A DNA stretch of 64,000 nt from an uncultured bacterium. GTDB taxonomy: Bacteria; Babelota; Babeliae; Babelales; Babelaceae. Shown in pieces: positions 48,494 to 59,155 of this stretch. Location of the stretch: NCBI GenBank assembly GCA_963824495.1, contig CAWGPQ010000008.1, positions 56,642 through 120,641 of the forward strand. The letters run 5' to 3'. The position numbers were made by a program, and so were the translations under genes. The notes under the pieces were generated by a model. It was not told the origin of the DNA and did no database searches. It was given only the letters and a program-made list of their open reading frames with translations. The stretch's first letter is position 1. Each line of letters begins with the position of its first letter.

Positions 48494-48897
48494 TAGCTTG
48501 TGTTTTGATGGTTACTATGAGCATTACTGCTCGTGAAACTCCACAAAGTGAGCAGCCAGGCGAAGAAGTATTTATCCACCTACCCACAAAACGTAAGTAT
48601 GCCCCAACAAGCAAAATGCGACAAGAGATACTTGAAAAACTCGAAGCACTTGCTTATGACTTATCTCACGAAATCGAAAGCCTTGGACAAACCATACCTC
48701 AAATACTTTCAAGCGTGCGTTCTATCGTAGATAACAACAAAAAGAGCCTGCTTGTCTCAGGTTCTTGGCAAGAGCTTGAACGAGTGCATGCACATCTACA
48801 AAAGCAGGTAACCTACACTCAGCAACGCCGTAGAGAACTACAAGAACTTCAACAAGTTCTTACACTCAATACTTTATCAAAAAATACAAAACCTTAA
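48478..48897 (+). CDS. Hypothetical secreted coiled-coil protein
   Basis: Leader MLFKIIACVLMVTMSITA, no recognisable domain. Overlaps the pgsA stop by 16 nt. Confidence 0.45.
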   Translation: MLFKIIACVLMVTMSITARETPQSEQPGEEVFIHLPTKRKYAPTSKMRQEILEKLEALAYDLSHEIESLGQTIPQILSSVRSIVDNNKKSLLVSGSWQELERVHAHLQKQVTYTQQRRRELQELQQVLTLNTLSKNTKP

Positions 48898-48924
48898 CAC
48901 TATTATTTACGAAAGGAAACCATA

Positions 48925-49485
48925 GTGGCAGGCTATAATCGTATTATTATGATCGGTAATCTTACTAAAGATCCTGAATTTAAGCAGATATCTTCAGGCA
49001 TGGGTATATCGAGACCCTACTGCCGATTAAGTCTTGCGTCAAACAGGCAGTTCAAAAATAAACAGTCAGGTACGGTTACACAGGAAGTGTGCTATATCGA
49101 TATTGATGTTTGGGGGGCTCAAGCAGAAAATTGCCATCAATATTTACAAAAAGGCAGACCTGTTTTAGTTGAAGGACGCCTCAAACTTGATTCATGGAAA
49201 GAAGCTGACGGGCAGTCACGCAGTAAGCATTCTATCGTCGCCGATCATGTAGTCTTTTTGACGACAGGTCAACGTACCGATGCTCCTGCATTTGATAGCC
49301 TTACAGCTAGCCTTACACCTGATGAGGCAGCCGTAGCTTCGCCTAAACGTCCTGTTGCTCATGATAAAACATCCCCTCAGCGCAGCAAAGGAGCAACTCT
49401 TCTTACCCCCGATGAGTATGGCAGTGAAGGAGATACGGTCAGTTTTAAGGACGAGCCACCCTTTGAAGACGATCTTCCTTTTTAA
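48925..49485 (+). CDS. ssb: Single-stranded DNA-binding protein
   Basis: GTG start with AAAGGAAA upstream. OB-fold N terminus YNRIIMIGNLTKDPEF, a disordered linker and the acidic tip FEDDLPF. Confidence 0.9.
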   Translation: MAGYNRIIMIGNLTKDPEFKQISSGMGISRPYCRLSLASNRQFKNKQSGTVTQEVCYIDIDVWGAQAENCHQYLQKGRPVLVEGRLKLDSWKEADGQSRSKHSIVADHVVFLTTGQRTDAPAFDSLTASLTPDEAAVASPKRPVAHDKTSPQRSKGATLLTPDEYGSEGDTVSFKDEPPFEDDLPF

Positions 49486-49525
49486 TCATCTTTAATCACC
49501 ACAGCTCACTATAATCATGCTACAA

Positions 49526-49550
49526 GGGGGCTTTATAAGCTCCCTTTTTT
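49526..49550 (+). terminator. Rho-independent terminator after ssb
   Basis: GGGGGCTT-tat-AAGCTCCC (one G-U pair) followed by TTTTTT. Confidence 0.65.
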
Positions 49551-49652
49551 ACTGTCGTTACAAAATAATTGACAATTATCAAATTATTTTGAAATACTAG
49601 TATCAGAGACATCCATTATTTACGCAAAGGGAAACTATCGGAGAAGCTACCT

Positions 49653-50105
49653 ATGAAGTGTTCAATACGTATGCTTGTTATACTAGTGAGTGTAGCAGTC
49701 ACACCCACTGTTCTTAATTTTTCTGCTTATGCTTTCGCTTATGCTACAGATAAAGCAGCTGTTCTTGGATCGCTTATTGCTGAAACACTAGAATTTTGGA
49801 ATCAACTAGACATCTTTCGGACATCCCTTACGCTAACGCCAGAAGAGCAGCATGATATCCTTGATCAGCTTGCAGATACAAGCATTAAACTCTATACAGA
49901 GGTACAAATGCTTGCAAAAGAATCCGATCACGCATCTGCTGACTATCAGGATATTGTTCATCTGATCACAATTTTTGAACGATTGGTGCCTGTATTACAT
50001 GAAACATTTGACATGCATACACATGACTCGTTTGTTTGTACACGCTATCTCCTTACACGAGCTCCACAACTTTTAGCCAATATCAAAATAGATATAGCCT
50101 CCTAG
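49653..50105 (+). CDS. Hypothetical secreted protein
   Basis: Leader MKCSIRMLVILVSVAVTPTVLNFSAYA, no recognisable domain. Its 3' end overlaps the convergent gene by 33 nt. Confidence 0.45.
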   Translation: MKCSIRMLVILVSVAVTPTVLNFSAYAFAYATDKAAVLGSLIAETLEFWNQLDIFRTSLTLTPEEQHDILDQLADTSIKLYTEVQMLAKESDHASADYQDIVHLITIFERLVPVLHETFDMHTHDSFVCTRYLLTRAPQLLANIKIDIAS

Positions 50106-51176
50106 AATTGACGTTGTGAAAATATTTCTACCGCCCACTGCGGCGTTATAGATAAGACCAATACGGGGAGCACAAGGGCGATCGAGATGGGCAAAGTCAT
50201 ACTCAGCTATAACATTGAGCGTATGCATACGCCAACCAGGGCAGCATACAGGTAATCTTTTTTTGCAAGAACGCCACAGATCATGACCTTTATGATCATA
50301 GCGATAGCCCAGTAACCATGACAATCCTTGAACTACGTGGTCAGCTTTTATATAACACTCTATGGCACCTAAAGGCCTACGCTGTACATGGGCACGCTCA
50401 CAAGCATCTAGTGCGCACCTCCCTACTTTCTTAATGTGCTTAAATCTATCGATAAAGATTAAAACATCACCGTGAAGCCCAAGCGTTAACCAGTCATAAA
50501 AACCAATAGCACTGTCAAACAGGATGGGTATGCCAAAATGGCCATCATAGCCAAGAGGAATATCAAGTAATTTACGCTCACTACGCTCAACCCCCGTGGG
50601 CAATAGTAACCCAACCTGTACCGCAAAATCAATAAAATCAAGACATTCAGTCTGTTCGTAATTTATTGTCCAGCCTCCCAAGAGCGATACATCGCCAAGT
50701 CCAGATTTGCGTACATTGAGAACGTGTTGATCATAGGGATTACGAGCAAGCACACGACGCCTGCCACAGCTGATATCGGTTATTTCTAAGCTTCTAATAG
50801 GCAGATAAAAGTGAGTAAAAAAGCCACACGTATAATTGCTATACCAATCGATAATTGCTTCAAAAATACCAAATCGTCCATCGATCTCTATCTGAAGATC
50901 CCGAGGTATACCGATAGGACAGGCCAAAAGTTTCTGAAGAATTTCTGGATTATCTAAGCAAACCTTTTTACCACATGCATTACGGGCGGTGCGCGTAGAG
51001 CCACCGCTACAAGTTACACCAAGCGTTTGCAACCACCTTTTTTCAAATCGTGGTTCACCGGTAAAAAATGATGCTCTATAAAAATGGCTATTATCAAGAG
51101 CCTGCAGGGTAAAACAACTAAAAAACACTACTGCGCAACATCCTAACCAGCGATGCGCATAAACGTACGCCATCAT
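50073..51176 (-). CDS. Cys-rich putative outer-membrane beta-barrel protein
   Basis: Signal-like leader, alternating beta-strand-like pattern, and an SGLGDVSLLGGW motif reminiscent of MetA-pathway/MOMP-like OMP families. 17 Cys by my count. The assignment is weak. Confidence 0.4.
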   Translation of the reverse strand: MMAYVYAHRWLGCCAVVFFSCFTLQALDNSHFYRASFFTGEPRFEKRWLQTLGVTCSGGSTRTARNACGKKVCLDNPEILQKLLACPIGIPRDLQIEIDGRFGIFEAIIDWYSNYTCGFFTHFYLPIRSLEITDISCGRRRVLARNPYDQHVLNVRKSGLGDVSLLGGWTINYEQTECLDFIDFAVQVGLLLPTGVERSERKLLDIPLGYDGHFGIPILFDSAIGFYDWLTLGLHGDVLIFIDRFKHIKKVGRCALDACERAHVQRRPLGAIECYIKADHVVQGLSWLLGYRYDHKGHDLWRSCKKRLPVCCPGWRMHTLNVIAEYDFAHLDRPCAPRIGLIYNAAVGGRNIFTTSILGGYIYFDIG

Positions 51177-51365
51177 ATACTCCTTAATAATAGTATGCTT
51201 TTAAAGTTAGTCTAAACTAAAAAAAAAGAGAATACTTAAGCAGAAACTAAGAGTATTTATTTTTTTGCTCTTGGGGTAAACTAAGTATAAAGACACAACA
51301 CTATAACCTCAAAAAACACTATAGATATTTTAAATATTCTCAAAATATTCTCATGGAGCATCAGC

Positions 51366-51881
51366 ATGGCTGAAGAACACAATCATACAACAATAAACGA
51401 TCTTGAGCACACTCTTCATACCTGCCAAATAGATTTGGCAGCATGCGAAGAAAAATTACGTATTCTTCAGGATCGCTATAATTACCTTAATGCTGACTTT
51501 GACAATATACGTCGTCGCATGCATAAAGAGCTCATGCAGGGCATTCAGGCAGCTCAAGCAGACATCTTTCTTGATCTACTGCCTATTATTGACGATTTCG
51601 ATAGAGCTTTAGCTGACCTACGCGCTCAACATCCGAATTACGAAACGGCAACGTGGTATTCTGGCTTAGAGCTTACCTATAGGGTGCTCATGAAATTGCT
51701 TGCCAAATATAATGTAGAAGAAATTACCGAGACGCAAACATTCAACCCAGAACTTCACGAAGCCATTCTTCATGTTGCTGATCCTAATAGACAGCCTGGC
51801 GATATTATTGAAGTCTTACGTAAGGGTTATCGATTCAAAGACCAGGTGCTGCGTCCAGCTCAAGTGAGCGTTGCCCAGTAA
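51366..51881 (+). CDS. grpE: Nucleotide exchange factor GrpE
   Basis: 171 aa. Coiled-coil N terminus, LNADFDNIRRR, LLPIIDDFDRAL and a C-terminal GYRFKDQVLRPAQV. Confidence 0.9.
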   Translation: MAEEHNHTTINDLEHTLHTCQIDLAACEEKLRILQDRYNYLNADFDNIRRRMHKELMQGIQAAQADIFLDLLPIIDDFDRALADLRAQHPNYETATWYSGLELTYRVLMKLLAKYNVEEITETQTFNPELHEAILHVADPNRQPGDIIEVLRKGYRFKDQVLRPAQVSVAQ

Positions 51882-51894
51882 AGCTCAGTATCTT

Positions 51895-52989
51895 TTATTT
51901 AAGAAGAGCTACTATGACCTCGAAAAAAATAAGAACTATTACGAGTATTGACAGAAGATCGTCACGGCGAGCATCTATTTTACTTTGATATACCGTGCTA
52001 ATATCATGAATAATAGCGAGCTTATTATGAATAGATTCTTTCCAGTTGTTTAGATCAAGCTTTTCTACTAAAAGTGAATACAGTTCAGAATAATAGGCTT
52101 CTCCAACAAGTTTTATACTGTTTTCAAGACGCTCAGTGATAACAGATATATCAACCCGAAGTTTGCCCAATTCACTTACAGGATCATTAACCGTAGAGCC
52201 AATAAAGGGCAAGTAAGCTTTCCAAGGTGCAGCACTTACACCCCGTTCATACACCGCATTAAGCTGCTGATCTAAAACTCGATCAAAATACTGAAGCTCA
52301 AGCTGCTGCATATTAGCAAATTCAAAAAGATCTAAAATATCTTCGTATTCGTCATCATAAACAAATGCAGCTTCTGTATCAATAATTATTAGATCACCCC
52401 TGTAATAGCCAATGGCACTATCAAGAATTTCGTTTCTCTGATACTCAGAAAGTGTTTCTGTTTCAAAGCGCAACATTGAGGCAATAACACTGCCATAGCA
52501 CTCTTTCAAGTACACAATATCAATGGTCTCAGGTTCTGGGTCAACTTGAATAATTAAATACGTTTTCCGGAGATGGAAAAACCTCGGCTGCTTAATAGTG
52601 GGTTTAATACGTTTAAAGATTGCCCCAGCATCTTCAATACTTTGTTCGTTATACTCATTATCGATAGCAGTCAATTTGGTACGTAGATCCTCAAGGGTTG
52701 ACGAAAAAGGTATCCGATAGCGAAGTGTGATAACACCAAAACTATGTAGTTTAGCATCGACAAACTGAGAACTCGTGTGAGGATGAGGTAATTCTACAGC
52801 CAAAGGAATATGATAATTTTTAAAATATTTTGAGGGAGTAAATGAGCGTCGTATGAGCATGTGTGATGATTTAACCCATTCTAAATTTATATCATCACCG
52901 ATATCGAAACTATGAAATATAAAGATATTTCCTGTAAATATATGCTGTTTCGCATCGTCCTGCTGATTCATAGTTATCAAGTTCCTCAT
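51895..52989 (-). CDS. Hypothetical protein, possibly RMD1/YagE (DUF155) family, with a C-terminal TM
   Basis: 364 aa. The C-terminal RRDDLLSILVIVLIFFEVIVALLK and the overall layout resemble DUF155. Recognition from memory only. Confidence 0.4.
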   Translation of the reverse strand: MRNLITMNQQDDAKQHIFTGNIFIFHSFDIGDDINLEWVKSSHMLIRRSFTPSKYFKNYHIPLAVELPHPHTSSQFVDAKLHSFGVITLRYRIPFSSTLEDLRTKLTAIDNEYNEQSIEDAGAIFKRIKPTIKQPRFFHLRKTYLIIQVDPEPETIDIVYLKECYGSVIASMLRFETETLSEYQRNEILDSAIGYYRGDLIIIDTEAAFVYDDEYEDILDLFEFANMQQLELQYFDRVLDQQLNAVYERGVSAAPWKAYLPFIGSTVNDPVSELGKLRVDISVITERLENSIKLVGEAYYSELYSLLVEKLDLNNWKESIHNKLAIIHDISTVYQSKIDARRDDLLSILVIVLIFFEVIVALLK

Positions 52990-52992
52990 GTT

Positions 52993-54816
52993 TCATTCTT
53001 TTGTAAGAATTGTCATAAATGCTTCTTGAGGAAGCTCAACATTCCCTACCTGCTTCATTTTCTTTTTGCCTTCTTTTTGTTTTTCGAGTAATTTACGTTT
53101 ACGAGTAATATCACCACCATAACATTTTGCCGTTACGTCTTTACGTAATGGTGCAACTGATTCCCGAGCAATCACTTTAGCACCTAAAGCAGCTTGAATA
53201 CTTACCTCAAACAATTGACGAGGGATAACTTTTCTGAGCTTAAGCGCAAGCTCCCTTCCCACGTTGTAGGCACTATCACGATGAACAATCGTCGATAACG
53301 CATCAACAGCTCTGCCATTTAATAAGATATCCATCTTGACCAAGTCTGCCTCTTGATAACCAACTTCTTCATAATCAAGACTTGCATAACCCGATGTCAA
53401 CGACTTAAGCTGATCATAAAAATCCGTAGCAACTTCATTAAGGGGCAAACGGTAAACAAGTATAACCCGGTCTTCCGTGAGATAAGTAAACTGTTTTTGC
53501 TCCCCCCGTTTTTCTTGACATAACTTCATAATAGCACCAAGATACTCTTTGGGCAGAATAATAGTTGCATCGATAATAGGCTCCATAATAACCTCGATTT
53601 TTTGAGGATCAGGGAAATCAGAGGGGCTTTCAATATCGATAATCTCACCGGTATGGGCCATTTTAACTTTATACAACACACTTGGTGCTGTTGAAATAAC
53701 AGATAGACCGTATTCTTGCTCAAGCCGCTGCTTAAAAACATCCATATGTAAAAGTCCCAAGAAGCCACATCTAAACCCTAAGCCAAGGGCTGCAGAAGTC
53801 TTTTTCTCAACTTTTACGCTTGCGTCATTAAGAGTAAGTTTTTCAATAGCATCACGTAAGAGATCAAAATCGGTATTTTCAATAGGATAAATACCCGCAA
53901 AAACCATCGGCTTTGCCGGTTTAAATCCAGGAAAAGGCTCTACACACTTTCTCGTATGGTAAATGGTCTCACCAACACGAGCTTCTTGGACAGTTTTCAT
54001 ACCAGCAATAAGATAGCCAACTTGACCAGCATAGAGGGCGTCTGTAGGTGTTTCATTGGGATACATAAGACCCAGCTCAAGTACTTCATATGCAGTGCCT
54101 GATTGGGCAAGCGTAATACTATCGCCCTTTTTAATAACACCATCTTTAATAGCAAGTAAACAAACAACTCCCCGATAGTCATCATACCAAGAGTCAAAAA
54201 GCAGTGCTTTTAAGCTTTTTGATATGGTGCTCTCAGGAGCTGGTATACGCTCAACGATGGTATCAAGAATGGTCGATATACCAAAACCAGTTTTTGCAGA
54301 TGCTCTAATTATATCTTTTTCATTATAGTCAAACAGATTTTTAAGCTCTTTTTCAACGCGCTCAGGCTGGGCTGCAACCATATCAACCTTATTAATAACC
54401 GGAATGATGGTTAAGTTTTGATCAAAGGCCAAGTAAAAGTTAGCCATAGTCTGGGCTTGTACACCTTGTGAAGCGTCAACAAGCAAGAGCGCTCCCTGGC
54501 ATGCATAAAGTGAACGGGATACCTCATAGTTAAAGTCAACGTGACCCGGGGTATCAATAAGATTAAGTAAATAGGATACTCCCTTATACTCATGAATCAT
54601 AGAGGCACTTTGAGCTTTAACAGTTATCCCTCTTTCTTTCTCCACCTGCAATTTATCTAAAAATTGTTCATTTTTAGTGCGCGTGGAAAGGGTACCCGTT
54701 ACTTCTAAAAGCCTATCACACAACGTTGATTTTCCATGATCAATATGCGCGATTACTGAGAAATTACGAATTTTGTCAGGCGTAAATTGCTGTAAATCGA
54801 GTTTTTTATCGTCCAT
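52993..54816 (-). CDS. lepA: Translation elongation factor 4 (LepA)
   Basis: 607 aa. IRNFSVIAHIDHGKSTL, DTPGHVDF and NKVD, with a LepA-specific C-terminal domain. Confidence 0.95.
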   Translation of the reverse strand: MDDKKLDLQQFTPDKIRNFSVIAHIDHGKSTLCDRLLEVTGTLSTRTKNEQFLDKLQVEKERGITVKAQSASMIHEYKGVSYLLNLIDTPGHVDFNYEVSRSLYACQGALLLVDASQGVQAQTMANFYLAFDQNLTIIPVINKVDMVAAQPERVEKELKNLFDYNEKDIIRASAKTGFGISTILDTIVERIPAPESTISKSLKALLFDSWYDDYRGVVCLLAIKDGVIKKGDSITLAQSGTAYEVLELGLMYPNETPTDALYAGQVGYLIAGMKTVQEARVGETIYHTRKCVEPFPGFKPAKPMVFAGIYPIENTDFDLLRDAIEKLTLNDASVKVEKKTSAALGLGFRCGFLGLLHMDVFKQRLEQEYGLSVISTAPSVLYKVKMAHTGEIIDIESPSDFPDPQKIEVIMEPIIDATIILPKEYLGAIMKLCQEKRGEQKQFTYLTEDRVILVYRLPLNEVATDFYDQLKSLTSGYASLDYEEVGYQEADLVKMDILLNGRAVDALSTIVHRDSAYNVGRELALKLRKVIPRQLFEVSIQAALGAKVIARESVAPLRKDVTAKCYGGDITRKRKLLEKQKEGKKKMKQVGNVELPQEAFMTILTKE

Positions 54817-55074
54817 AGTATTGAATTCTAGCGTGCTTTCGTAGTTCCCTTAAGTAACCATACCAGGAACTCATGTAGTTATACTAGTATACCATAAAAA
54901 GGGCAGTATATGAAATTAACAAGCTGACGGGATAAGCCATGCCACTGCGCTGCTCAGTGCGCCATTCAAAAATAAATCTTTGTCAATTTTTATTTGAAAA
55001 TTATTCAAAAGCTGCTATCATTAACTCATATATTTGTTTTTAACTTGATTATACCTGATTATGAAGGATATTTC

Positions 55075-57036
55075 ATGAAATTAGCGATATTTTTGAGCTT
55101 AACAGTGCTTGCTTTGGGTACTTCACCCTTAGGTTATGCTATGGATACCAATGAAAATACTCATGAAAATACCGGTGAGCAACCAACTAAAAAACAAAAA
55201 CTTGAAGAGTCCGATAGCCCACCCAGGGGTCCTATCGATTCGCCTATCGATCCATTATCCGATGAGCAAATAGCACAGATTGAGCTTGAAGAAAAAGCAG
55301 ATCAGTATTTCCAAGCAGTGGTAAATGATGATATTGAATTAGTCAAAGATCTCTTAAACGAAGGATTCCCCGTTGATTATATAGATGCAACTACTGGTAC
55401 AACAGCATTTTTTACCGCAGCGGAGGAAGATCAACCAGACTTGATAGCCTTGCTAGCTGAGCATGGGGCAAACGTCAATTTTAGACATACCCATGGTGAC
55501 ACTGCTTTACATCGCGCAGCACGCAAAAATAATCATGACCTAATAGTTGATTTAGCTATGCATGGTGCAGATGTTACTCTTACGAATAATTATGGCGAAC
55601 TTCCCCTGCACATTGCCGCTAGACGAACATCTAGTGATACGCTTGGAACACTTCTTGCCCTGACTCCACAGCACTTACTTAATGCAGAGAATCTTGATGG
55701 TCGAACACCTCTTGCACAGGCAATTCGTGCTGGGAGTCGTCGAAACGTTGAAGTACTTCCTCAATACAATGTTCGTATAGAACAAACTCTGGAAGAACAG
55801 ATACAGCAAATTTTGCATGCTGAACCTCTTACGTACCATACAATACTAGGACATAGAGCGCAGGTGGAAACAATTTTGCGCTCAAGGGCGATCATACCCG
55901 CACAAGCTGAAGAAATGACACCATTACACTGGGCTGCTGCTCGAGGCCACAGTGATATTATAGAATTACTCCTCAACGCACAAGCACAAATCAACGCCCA
56001 AGATGAAAATGAAATGCGGCCATTACATCTTGCTGCACAAAACGGCCATACCAACCTTATCCCTCTCTTGATCCAGCATGGGGCAGATCCTCATGCACAA
56101 GATTCCGATCATTATACACCTTTACATCATGCAACGCTTAGAGGACATACCCCTACTGCTCAAGCTCTCATCGAAGCTGGTGCGCACGTTAATATTGCTC
56201 TAGTGCCTGAACAACCACTGCACGTTGCCGTACGATTTAATCAACTTCAGCTCATAGCACTGCTTGTGCTCCATCACGCAGATATTGATGCAAGAAATGA
56301 GCCTGGCATGACACCGCTTCATCTTGCTATTGGCAGTAATAATCTTAACGTTATTCGGGCATTGCTCCATAATCAAGCAAACGTTAACGTTCAAACTAAC
56401 GATGGTCAAACTGCGGCAGACTATGCTCAAGCTCATCATAGAACTGAAGCTCTGGAGCTCATTAATCATCCTGAAGTACCAGCTGCAGTATATTTGACAT
56501 TGCTAAGGGACCGAGAGCCTCTTCTTGCCCAAACAGCCGAAGCTCTGACTGAAACCGATGGGTTAGGCACAAATCCACTGAGCCTTGCTATCCAAATGGG
56601 TTATGATGATGTAACGTGCCCTATAGTGAACCGTGCACCTAATCTTGTTCATCAAGCTGACCGTCAAGGATGGACGCCACTGCATTACGCAGCAGCTCGA
56701 GGTAATGATACTGTGTTACAATTCTTGCTTGCACGTAACGCGGCTGCAACACAGGTAACACATAATCGGCAAACCCCAGCAGATGTAGCACAAGCACATA
56801 ATCATCTGACAACATTAGAACTTCTCAGAACCCATGTATTACAGCCCTTTGTTGAACGTTTATTTAGAGCTGGACAACCAATCGGACACCTTAGAGAAAT
56901 ACCGTCAGACCTAGCCTCAGATGATACTCCATCACCAATAGCAATTGCAGGCGGAGATAGGAATGTTATGGCAACCATTACCGCATTTCTTGTGCATCAG
57001 ACTATGTACCATAACCCAAATAATAACAACAATTGA
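55075..57036 (+). CDS. Large secreted ankyrin-repeat protein, family-B tail (tandem array member 1)
   Basis: ATG at 55075 with AAGGA upstream. Leader MKLAIFLSLTVLALGTSPLGYA, then MDTNE...PTKKQKLEE, more than 12 ANK repeats. Tail PFVERLFRAGQPIGHLRE...SPIAIAGGDRNVMATITAFLVHQTMYHNPNNNNN. Confidence 0.85.
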   Translation: MKLAIFLSLTVLALGTSPLGYAMDTNENTHENTGEQPTKKQKLEESDSPPRGPIDSPIDPLSDEQIAQIELEEKADQYFQAVVNDDIELVKDLLNEGFPVDYIDATTGTTAFFTAAEEDQPDLIALLAEHGANVNFRHTHGDTALHRAARKNNHDLIVDLAMHGADVTLTNNYGELPLHIAARRTSSDTLGTLLALTPQHLLNAENLDGRTPLAQAIRAGSRRNVEVLPQYNVRIEQTLEEQIQQILHAEPLTYHTILGHRAQVETILRSRAIIPAQAEEMTPLHWAAARGHSDIIELLLNAQAQINAQDENEMRPLHLAAQNGHTNLIPLLIQHGADPHAQDSDHYTPLHHATLRGHTPTAQALIEAGAHVNIALVPEQPLHVAVRFNQLQLIALLVLHHADIDARNEPGMTPLHLAIGSNNLNVIRALLHNQANVNVQTNDGQTAADYAQAHHRTEALELINHPEVPAAVYLTLLRDREPLLAQTAEALTETDGLGTNPLSLAIQMGYDDVTCPIVNRAPNLVHQADRQGWTPLHYAAARGNDTVLQFLLARNAAATQVTHNRQTPADVAQAHNHLTTLELLRTHVLQPFVERLFRAGQPIGHLREIPSDLASDDTPSPIAIAGGDRNVMATITAFLVHQTMYHNPNNNNN

Positions 57037-57093
57037 TAAAACTAATAATTAATAAAACCCTTGAGCGTAGCATCATAGCATAAGGAACATCGC

Positions 57094-59076
57094 ATGAAAG
57101 TATCACACAAACGCATTCTCTTACTATTGACTCTGATGAGCTCACCCTTAGGCTATGCAATGGATACCAATGAGCCACCGGCCAAAAAACAAAAAATCGA
57201 AGATGCTATCAAAGATCCTCAAGAAGGCACTTCTGATAGCGGGTCGGCATATCTTTTTAGTGAAGAAGAAATACAAAGCCATAGTGAAGAACTGTTTGCC
57301 GCAGCTGCCGACGGTGATGTCGAAAAACTTTATTGTCTCTTAACGAGAGGAATGCCTATTGATCTTGTTGATGAAAACCGGGAAATAGGCAGAACGGCGC
57401 TTGCCATAGCTGCTCGAGCAGGCCACCAGAAAGTAGTTGAGCTTCTTATTCACAATGGAGCTGATATTGATACTCAAGATACCAATGGCGCAACGCCGCT
57501 TCATCTCGCTTTACTCAACGATCACGTTCATGTCATAGGAACATTAGAATTTTATGGAGCTAATATCACACTTACTGACAATAATGGCAACCTTCCTCTT
57601 CACCTTGCCGCTGCAGGAGCAGATATAAATATTTTTTACAGCCTTCTTCAGGCTACTCCAGCACATGCGCTTAATACACAAAATAACGCTGGACAAACAC
57701 CACTTGCTCTTGCACTTGAAAGAAATACTATTCAACATGTTAGATTACTTCTTCAATACAATGCTACAGCAAGCCACTTAGAAGGCCCATTAGCCACCAT
57801 TATTTTAGCAGGGCTAGAGCAGCCTTCAGCGCATCAACGTATCTTGTACGACATTCTTATAGGCAATACAGAACATGCCAATCAACTTCTTCAAACAGAA
57901 GATCCAGCAGAGTATATCAACGCACAAGATGAGCTTGGTATGACGATTCTTCATTGGGCCGCAGCTCGAGGCCATAGTAATATCATAGAATCACTTCTCA
58001 ATAAGCAAGCAACCATCGATGGCCAGGATACACAGGGCATGCAGCCGCTACACTTTGCTACACAAAATGGTCATCGTATTATCACAGAGCTATTACTTGC
58101 TCATAGAGCACCCGTTAACGCACGCGATAGCCATGGGCAGACACCTCTCCATTATGCAATACTGAGAGGAGATAGAGAGAGTGCCCAAACTTTGATCGCA
58201 GCCCGGGCAGATATTAATGCACAAAATGCTCGTGGCCAAAGTCCTTTACACCTGGCAGCATTAACAGGAAACCTAGATCTCACGCTACTTCTTATTGATC
58301 ATGGTGCACGTATTAATACTCATGCTGGTAATGGCTTTACACCGCTAACTGTTGCTATTCCTCAAAATAACCTGAATATTATGCGAGCATTGCTTTATCA
58401 TAATGCTGATATAACTATACCCAATAATAATGGTCACACTGCAGCTGAATTTGCCGGGCAGCTCGGCAGACATGATGCCCGTGCTCTCTTAATGAACCCT
58501 ATGATACCACCATTATTGTATGCTGTTATGACACAAGATGAAGAACTAGCGCGTCGTCTTCTAGAGCAAGAAAACATAGATATTGCCGCTACTGACGGTA
58601 TAGGCACTACCGCGTTAAGTATGGCTGTTCAGATGGGTAACGATAATTTGGTAAACCTTCTACTCAAGCACGGAGCACGGGCTCACTTGGTAAATAGAGC
58701 AGATCACGAGGGATGGACACCCCTTCATTATGCTGCCCGTGGAGGCCAGCTTGAAACTATGCACCTATTACTTAATCATCATGCTCATGTAAGAGCTCTC
58801 ACAGAGACTGGTGAAACGGCTGAAGAGCTGGCACGAGCAAACAACCAATGGGAATGCCTAGAGCTTCTAAGGGCTCATGGACTACAGCCTTTTCTTGCAC
58901 GTTCATTCAGAGCTGGAGAACCAATCGAATATCTTAGAGAAACACCGTCAAACCTATCCTCAAACGATACCAGATCGCCAATAGCCATTGTAGGGGGAGA
59001 TGAGAATATCATGGCAATCATTGCTACATTCCTTGTTCATCAGACTATGTACCATAACCCAAATAATAATAATTAA
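57094..59076 (+). CDS. Large secreted ankyrin-repeat protein, family-B tail (tandem array member 2)
   Basis: AAGGAA RBS. Leader ...LMSSPLGYA, then MDTNEPPAKKQKIED and ANK repeats. Tail PFLARSFRAGEPIEYLRE...IATFLVHQTMYHNPNNNN. Confidence 0.9.
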   Translation: MKVSHKRILLLLTLMSSPLGYAMDTNEPPAKKQKIEDAIKDPQEGTSDSGSAYLFSEEEIQSHSEELFAAAADGDVEKLYCLLTRGMPIDLVDENREIGRTALAIAARAGHQKVVELLIHNGADIDTQDTNGATPLHLALLNDHVHVIGTLEFYGANITLTDNNGNLPLHLAAAGADINIFYSLLQATPAHALNTQNNAGQTPLALALERNTIQHVRLLLQYNATASHLEGPLATIILAGLEQPSAHQRILYDILIGNTEHANQLLQTEDPAEYINAQDELGMTILHWAAARGHSNIIESLLNKQATIDGQDTQGMQPLHFATQNGHRIITELLLAHRAPVNARDSHGQTPLHYAILRGDRESAQTLIAARADINAQNARGQSPLHLAALTGNLDLTLLLIDHGARINTHAGNGFTPLTVAIPQNNLNIMRALLYHNADITIPNNNGHTAAEFAGQLGRHDARALLMNPMIPPLLYAVMTQDEELARRLLEQENIDIAATDGIGTTALSMAVQMGNDNLVNLLLKHGARAHLVNRADHEGWTPLHYAARGGQLETMHLLLNHHAHVRALTETGETAEELARANNQWECLELLRAHGLQPFLARSFRAGEPIEYLRETPSNLSSNDTRSPIAIVGGDENIMAIIATFLVHQTMYHNPNNNN

Positions 59077-59155
59077 TAGAACTATAGTGCCTGCTCTAAA
59101 AAAATATGCGGGCACCTTAAGCATGTCACTCGAGCATGCTGTTAAGGAATACGAC

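Noticed and set aside
54994-55074. N-terminal extensions proposed by the ORF track for ANK array members 1 (TTG 54994) and 3 (59000-59155, overlapping member 2), and for 36716-37573 and 45220.
   Set aside because: Internal ATGs with AAGGA-type ribosome-binding sites align with the starts of the paralogues. The extensions are AT-rich and unconserved.
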